The notes beneath the pieces are model-generated. The model was not told the DNA's origin. It worked only from the letters and a program-made list of their open reading frames with translations, and made no database searches. Shown here in pieces: positions 58,978 to 64,000 of a stretch of 64,000 bases of DNA. The translations under genes were made by a program, and so were the position numbers. Numbering within the stretch: the stretch's first letter is position 1; the number at the start of each line of letters is the position of its first letter. The stretch comes from a bacterium (GTDB lineage: Bacteria > Patescibacteriota > CPR2 > UBA1875 > JAJYID01): positions 20,038 to 84,037 of the forward strand of contig JAJYID010000003.1 in the NCBI GenBank assembly GCA_021790235.1. Direction: 5' to 3'.

Positions 58978-61908
58978 TCAATATAAACGCTTCACTCCTA
59001 ATTCAATACCTATTTCTTCAATCTTCGTCTTCTCACTGTAATCCGCTTTCTCTGTATTGCCAACCGTAACCTCTTCGGCAAGAGTTTCCTTTGAAATGTA
59101 TTCGTTTTCTTTCTCAAATACAGATTTGAGCACATTATCGGCCGTACTCCAAAATAGATGGATTCTGTCTTCCACGTTAAATCCGGCTTTCTTTCTCATC
59201 GCTTGGACTTTCCTGACTATTTCCCTCGCCAAACCCTCGATCTTTAACTCATCGGTAATTTCTGTGTTAAGCACAATAGCCTTTTTCAAATTATTATCAT
59301 ACATAACCTTTTTCACATTAACTTCTTCAGCAATAATCTGTTCTAACCCCAAATTTAATTTTGGGCCACCATAAGTCAAGCTTGCCAACGGCTGGCGGAC
59401 TTTGATGCCTTGCTCATTTCTATCTGCAAGCCCCGCCTCGACAATATTTCTGGCGTTCTGCATTGCATTTTCCATTTTCTCATTTATTGCATCTTTATCC
59501 ACTCGAGGCCACTCAGATAAATGAATACTCTCACCTCCTGCTAAGTTCTGATAAATATTTTCACTAATAAAGGGTATAAACGGCGCGAGAACTTTAGTAA
59601 AATCTACAAGAATTTCATACAAAGTATCGTATGCAGCCGTTTTGTCCGTGTCGTTTTCACTCTTCCAAAATCTTCTCCTTGAACGTCTTACATACCAGTT
59701 TGACAAATCATTAAGAAACTGCTCGATTTCTTGCGTAACCTTGTAAATGTTGTACCTTTCGAGATGTTTAGTCGCTGACTCAACCAGTTTGTTTTTACGC
59801 GATAGGATCCATTTGTCGAGAATGTTTTCTGAATTTGTATGTTTTCCGCTTGGTACGTAATTATCAACATTCGCATATGTCACAAAAAAGCTGTACACAT
59901 TCCAGTAAGTCACCAGAAATCTTTTGGCTTCGCCGACCAGTTTGGCAGAGAAGTTTCTCGGATTTCCCGGCATGGTTGCACTATACATATACCATCTGAG
60001 CGCATCCGCGCCATGAGCGCTCAAAACGTCCCAAGGGTTTACAACATTCCCTTGTGATTTGGACATTTTCTGTCCTTTCTCATCTAAAATATGACCTAGA
60101 CTGATCACATGTTTGTAAGCAGAACCTTTGTCTAAAAATGTTGAAATAGCAAGAAGCGTGTAGAACCATCCTCGTGTTTGATCCACCGCTTCACAAATAT
60201 AATCAGCAGGGAAGTGGCTATCCAAGTTTTCTCCCGAATTTGAAGCAAAGGGATAGCTCCACTGCGCATAAGGCATAGCACCGGAGTCAAACCAGCAGTC
60301 TATAACATGAGTGTAGCGTTTGAATTCACCTCCGCAATCGCACTCCCAAGCATATTTATCAATATACGGCCTATGCGGATCGAAGTCTTCCGGAATATTT
60401 TTATCAGTTTTCTCACCCAACTCTTTATATGACGAAATTAATTCTTTTTTGCCGCACTTGTCGCATTTCCAGATCGGCAGCGGCGTGCCCCAATATCTTT
60501 CTCTAGATAGTGCCCAATCCTTGGCTTCGCGAATCCACTCACCGAAACGGCCATTTTTCATATGTGACGGATACCAGTGTACTTCTTCATTATTTTTAAC
60601 CAGTTCCTTTCGAAGTGATGACATTCTGATATACCAAGTATCCCGCGCATAATAAAGAAGGGGAGTGCCGCATCGCCAACAGTAAGGGTACGAGTGTGTA
60701 TACTCTTCCTCTTTGAATATCAAGTTGCGTTTCTTTAAATCGGAAATTATAAGTGAGTCCGCCTCTTTGGCAAACTTCCCTTTTCCGACCTCGGTCAACA
60801 TATTGCCCTGTTCATCGACAGTCATCAGTACAGATAAATCATTTTCTAGACGCCCAATATTATAGTCATCTTCACCAAATGCCGGAGCAATATGAACTAT
60901 GCCCGTACCATCTTCGGTTGAGACAAAGTCACCCATGATAATTTTGTATTCTTCCGTGTCCTTTTCATTTTTAAACTTTGCCCCCTCCGCAAAAAGAGGT
61001 TTATAATGTTTGGCACCTTCCGTCGGCCCATTGAAAACATTCTCAATGATTTCCTTGCCGTAAAATTCTTTGAGAATTTTGTATTTCTTGATTTCAAGTA
61101 CTTTTTCCAGCCGATCCTTGGCCAGAATATATTTCTCGCCCTCTGACTCAATTTTAACGTATTTAATTTCAGGTCCAAACGCAAGACCCGAGTTTCCGGG
61201 GAGAGTCCATGGTGTTGTTGTCCATGCTAGAAAATACATGTCTTTTTCACCTTCGACAGGAAATTTGACGTAAACCGTGCTTTCAGTAACATACCTGTAT
61301 CCTTGAGAAACTTCGTGAGACGAAAGCGCCGTCCCGCAACGCGGACAATATGGCACGACTTTATAACCCTCATAAAGCAAATCTTTTTTCCAAGCTTCAC
61401 CCAGCACCCACCAAAGCGATTGGATGTAATGCGAGTCATAGGTAATGTAAGGATCTTTGGTATCAACCCAAAAACCAATTTTTTCCGTCAGCTCTTCCCA
61501 TTCTTTGACGTACTTAAAGACACTTTCGCGACATTTTTTGTTAAATTTCTCAACACCATATTTTTCAATATCCGGCTTACCCGAGATACCAAGATTCTTC
61601 TCCACTTCAAGTTCCACCGGAAGCCCGTGAGTATCCCAGCCGCCTTTCCTATCAATATGATAACCCTGCATAGTTTTATAGCGAAGGATAATATCCTTAA
61701 AAACACGGGATAGAACATGGTGGACTCCGGGTCTGCCGTTTGCTGTCGGCGGCCCTTCAAAGAAAACAAAATCACCCTTATCACTCCGGTTTAGTCCAGA
61801 ATCTCTCTTCTGCGTTTTCTCAAATACCTTCTCATCTTTCCAAAACGAAAGAACCTCCTCATCAATTTTCGGAAAGTCGGGTCTAGGATCTACTTTTTTA
61901 AATGCCAT
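58978..61908 (-). CDS. ileS: isoleucine--tRNA ligase, type 2, with GVHH signature
   Basis: EGPPTANG, GWDTHGLP, WTTTPWTL, SRERYWGTP and KMSKS motifs; type-2 C-terminus (EGLAREIVR..RK). Confidence 0.96.
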   Translation of the reverse strand: MAFKKVDPRPDFPKIDEEVLSFWKDEKVFEKTQKRDSGLNRSDKGDFVFFEGPPTANGRPGVHHVLSRVFKDIILRYKTMQGYHIDRKGGWDTHGLPVELEVEKNLGISGKPDIEKYGVEKFNKKCRESVFKYVKEWEELTEKIGFWVDTKDPYITYDSHYIQSLWWVLGEAWKKDLLYEGYKVVPYCPRCGTALSSHEVSQGYRYVTESTVYVKFPVEGEKDMYFLAWTTTPWTLPGNSGLAFGPEIKYVKIESEGEKYILAKDRLEKVLEIKKYKILKEFYGKEIIENVFNGPTEGAKHYKPLFAEGAKFKNEKDTEEYKIIMGDFVSTEDGTGIVHIAPAFGEDDYNIGRLENDLSVLMTVDEQGNMLTEVGKGKFAKEADSLIISDLKKRNLIFKEEEYTHSYPYCWRCGTPLLYYARDTWYIRMSSLRKELVKNNEEVHWYPSHMKNGRFGEWIREAKDWALSRERYWGTPLPIWKCDKCGKKELISSYKELGEKTDKNIPEDFDPHRPYIDKYAWECDCGGEFKRYTHVIDCWFDSGAMPYAQWSYPFASNSGENLDSHFPADYICEAVDQTRGWFYTLLAISTFLDKGSAYKHVISLGHILDEKGQKMSKSQGNVVNPWDVLSAHGADALRWYMYSATMPGNPRNFSAKLVGEAKRFLVTYWNVYSFFVTYANVDNYVPSGKHTNSENILDKWILSRKNKLVESATKHLERYNIYKVTQEIEQFLNDLSNWYVRRSRRRFWKSENDTDKTAAYDTLYEILVDFTKVLAPFIPFISENIYQNLAGGESIHLSEWPRVDKDAINEKMENAMQNARNIVEAGLADRNEQGIKVRQPLASLTYGGPKLNLGLEQIIAEEVNVKKVMYDNNLKKAIVLNTEITDELKIEGLAREIVRKVQAMRKKAGFNVEDRIHLFWSTADNVLKSVFEKENEYISKETLAEEVTVGNTEKADYSEKTKIEEIGIELGVKRLY

Positions 61909-61914
61909 TTTGTA

Positions 61915-61979
61915 TTGTCATTTCGACCACCGCCACATTAGTGGCAAGCGGAAGAATCCCTTTCTCTTAACAATGTCAA
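61915..61979. repeat. degenerate REP-like element in the ileS leader
   Basis: TTGTCATTTCGACC...GCGGAAGAATC...AATGTCAA; same ends as 2223..2282; internal GCCAC-ATTA-GTGGC hairpin. Confidence 0.5.
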
Positions 61980-62052
61980 ATTTTACTATTTGCAAGGTCT
62001 GGCATTGCAAACAAAACTAAATATTAAAAACGTGCCCATCCAGGCACAAACA

Positions 62053-62081
62053 ATTATACTTTTTTTGATGTATATGGTCAA
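62053..62081 (-). promoter_or_regulatory. sigma70 promoter upstream of ileS
   Basis: TTGACC-17 nt-TATAAT. Confidence 0.65.
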
Positions 62082-62157
62082 TCATGAAAGCTACATATTT
62101 CCTTTTTGTTACACTAATATGTATTAGTGTAACAAAATCGGAATAGAAAGTTATAGA

Positions 62158-62196
62158 AAGAAAAACGGGCGGCGCTCTTAAAGAGCGCCGCCCGTT
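62158..62196 (-). terminator. intrinsic terminator after 62218..62910
   Basis: AACGGGCGGCGCTCT...AGAGCGCCGCCCGTT followed by a T tract. Confidence 0.8.
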
Positions 62197-62217
62197 GTAT
62201 ACTGCCCTTATTGAATA

Positions 62218-62910
62218 TCAGAGGGGGATATCAACATCTTTTTCATTGTTTTCAGTGGCCCAGATTGCGACAATTACGGCGTTTATATCTTCTAGAATCT
62301 TCCCCAAGTTGTTGTTTTCTTTTTCCAGAGCGGCAATTTCTTCTTTGACCTCCCCTTGACGCACCCCTACTCTTTCATGAGATTCCCTGAGTGCCGCTTG
62401 GAAGATTTCATAAAGCAGAGAAGTCTTAAGGTTATTAAAAACATGCTGGTCAGCAACTCTGGTCTTCTTATTGCAAAACACCACAAAACCATTATCCTCA
62501 TCACTTGCCCAGAACCATGGCTCTTTGTCAAAAGTATCTCTCAGAAGTTCAATAATTGTTCTGACTTTGTTAATCTCTCCCTTTGTCAGATTAGCACTCT
62601 TCGTTCTGACAACTAGATTTAAAACAGACTCAAGCAGATCACGATCTAACGCTTTTATGATTTCCGCTCTGATCTTGGAATTGGGACCTTTGAGAGAAAC
62701 AATGTCAGCACCTTTATGATCTTGTACATGGTATGTTTCATCTTCTTCACCCAAATGGGTTACCATGATGCTTCGTGCACCTGGAGACTGCTCTTTCAGA
62801 GCCGAAATCAAATCCCAAGCTTTCGTTGTTAATAACCTCCGAACTTCAGCCTTTCTATTTCTTTCTCTCTGAACTACCTCCAAGCCAACATCTCCAAATC
62901 TTCTAGCCAT
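62218..62910 (-). CDS. hypothetical protein with C-terminal coiled coil
   Basis: SD AAGGGG; own promoter TTGATT-17-TATAAT (63019-62991) and terminator. Confidence 0.65.
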   Translation of the reverse strand: MARRFGDVGLEVVQRERNRKAEVRRLLTTKAWDLISALKEQSPGARSIMVTHLGEEDETYHVQDHKGADIVSLKGPNSKIRAEIIKALDRDLLESVLNLVVRTKSANLTKGEINKVRTIIELLRDTFDKEPWFWASDEDNGFVVFCNKKTRVADQHVFNNLKTSLLYEIFQAALRESHERVGVRQGEVKEEIAALEKENNNLGKILEDINAVIVAIWATENNEKDVDIPL

Positions 62911-63030
62911 AATTTTCCCCTTTCGGTCAAGGTTTTATTGTCCAAGTTGCAAAAAAATCGGAAAAGTTTCACCCTTCCGATCAGGGCTTTATTATAATCG
63001 ATTTTATAAATTTAATCAAACCTGCATAAG

Positions 63031-63073
63031 AAAATCGCTTTAATAAACTAAAGTAGTTTATTAAAGCGATTTT
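63031..63073. terminator. 20-bp perfect inverted repeat, probable terminator
   Basis: AAAATCGCTTTAATAAACTA-AAG-TAGTTTATTAAAGCGATTTT just downstream of the ASCH gene. Confidence 0.55.
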
Positions 63074-63104
63074 TGAAATGAGTGCAAACTTCAGTTTCGG
63101 TTAA

Positions 63105-63430
63105 TTATGCAAGAAGCTCAAACTTCACAATCTGAAGCTCTGTATCAGGTGTAATTTTTGTATTGTAATAACGTGAAAAAGTCTCAAGTATTTCTTCCTT
63201 GCTTTCATAATGCTCATGACCTTCTTGATCATCATCCGTTAAAGAATCAAAGGTTGTCTTTTTAACGTCCATAACTCTCGCCTTAGCAAACGGCTCACGA
63301 GATTCTGATTTAATAAACAAGAGGTCGTCGCCAACTGTCAGGTCTTTATGTCAAAACGCCGCCAGGTGACTGTTTTCTTGCCTGAAAGTATTAACGGCGC
63401 TAATTCTTTTACAAAACCAATTTCTTTCAT
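63105..63430 (-). pseudogene. ASCH/PUA-domain protein, frameshifted near 63350
   Basis: MKEIGFVKELAPLILSGKKTVTWR (GxKTxTxR); one missing base before KDLTVGDDLLFIKSE. Confidence 0.72.
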
Positions 63431-63451
63431 AATGTAAATATCTTACATACG

Positions 63452-63676
63452 TTAATCATTTATCTCAAAAATTTTGATCTTCGACTTTTTGCCTGTTTTG
63501 AGGGTAATTTCCGATTTCGGCACCTTGAAATATCCGGACAAAAGTTTCACGACCGCTTCGTTCGCACGCCCTTCAACCGGCGGGGCTTTCGTCGAAACCG
63601 TATAAATATTATTTTCTTTATCAAAACCTACGCAGTCACACTTAGCGCCGGCCTTAACTTTTACTCGAATTTTCAC
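63452..63676 (-). CDS. DUF167/YggU-family protein
   Basis: VKVKAGAK, APPVEGRANEAV and GKKSKIK motifs. Confidence 0.88.
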   Translation of the reverse strand: MKIRVKVKAGAKCDCVGFDKENNIYTVSTKAPPVEGRANEAVVKLLSGYFKVPKSEITLKTGKKSKIKIFEIND

Positions 63677-63679
63677 TAT

Positions 63680-63934
63680 CTAAGCTGCTTGTTCGTAATC
63701 TTCTAGTTGATTTCTTTCTATCAGTTCTGCCGCCGCCGCTGTATCGCCACCCATTCTTCTTTCTAATTCTTTATAAAGGGCCCGTCTTGCCTCTCCTCTC
63801 TTTAGATTTGCATCATCGCTATCCCCGGAGTAGTTCTGGAGAGCATGGTCGATATCGTTGATTCTGCGCGCCAGTTCATCATTATCAACATTTTCGAAGG
63901 GATTGACTGCCGAATTCATTTCCAGATTGTTCAT
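63680..63934 (-). CDS. hypothetical protein
   Basis: SD AAGGAAAGG; helical 84-aa ORF in line with the DUF167 gene. Confidence 0.6.
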   Translation of the reverse strand: MNNLEMNSAVNPFENVDNDELARRINDIDHALQNYSGDSDDANLKRGEARRALYKELERRMGGDTAAAAELIERNQLEDYEQAA

Positions 63935-64000
63935 ATTTTTTCCTTTCCTTTTTATTTATAAAATCTGATTTAACAAGTTTCGTAATATTTCAATTAATAT

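Noticed and set aside
61909..62100. T-box riboswitch upstream of ileS
   Set aside because: No GGTGGNACCGCG T-box sequence with a matching terminator, and the leader is too short.
1..64000. CRISPR array, prophage, integron, IS element, rRNA; numerous short antisense ORFs
   Set aside because: No regularly spaced repeats, cas, integrase, transposase or phage structural genes were seen. The antisense ORFs are shadows of well-supported genes.

Overview
A chromosomal window from a small-genome, AT-rich bacterium. Gene content, trimmed operons and lineage-typical hypothetical proteins suggest Patescibacteria/CPR (inference). The standard genetic code is used, since TGA ends recR, ileS and rodA. Almost all housekeeping genes lie on the minus strand: tRNA-Gln, dusB, cysS, recR/ybaB, dnaB, dnaX, tgt, rplJL, mreBCD-pbp2, proS, rseP, frr, tsf, rpsB, xth, htrA, LCP, parAB, rplU, rodA and ileS. 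rpmE-prfA and lepB are on the plus strand. Accessory blocks are a GtrA/GT2/three GT-C glycosylation cluster, an AbrB-led ABC-2 exporter, and an OmpR/sensor kinase plus MacB-type ABC module with a shared tandem-repeat operator. Several stand-alone genes, mostly for nucleotide metabolism, are scattered through the window: a divergent Tmk with a tandem ThyX, a dUTPase-dCMP deaminase fusion, an AAA_28-CYTH fusion and a DapB-like reductase. Many of these share a promoter/hairpin/boxA-like leader and have strong or double terminators. Also visible are L10 and S2 leader RNAs, three related palindromic REP-like elements in the 5' UTRs of translation genes, a GVHH-motif type-2 IleRS, and six broken accessory genes. 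No CRISPR array, rRNA, integrase or transposase was seen. All calls come from motif reading by eye; no database searches were run.
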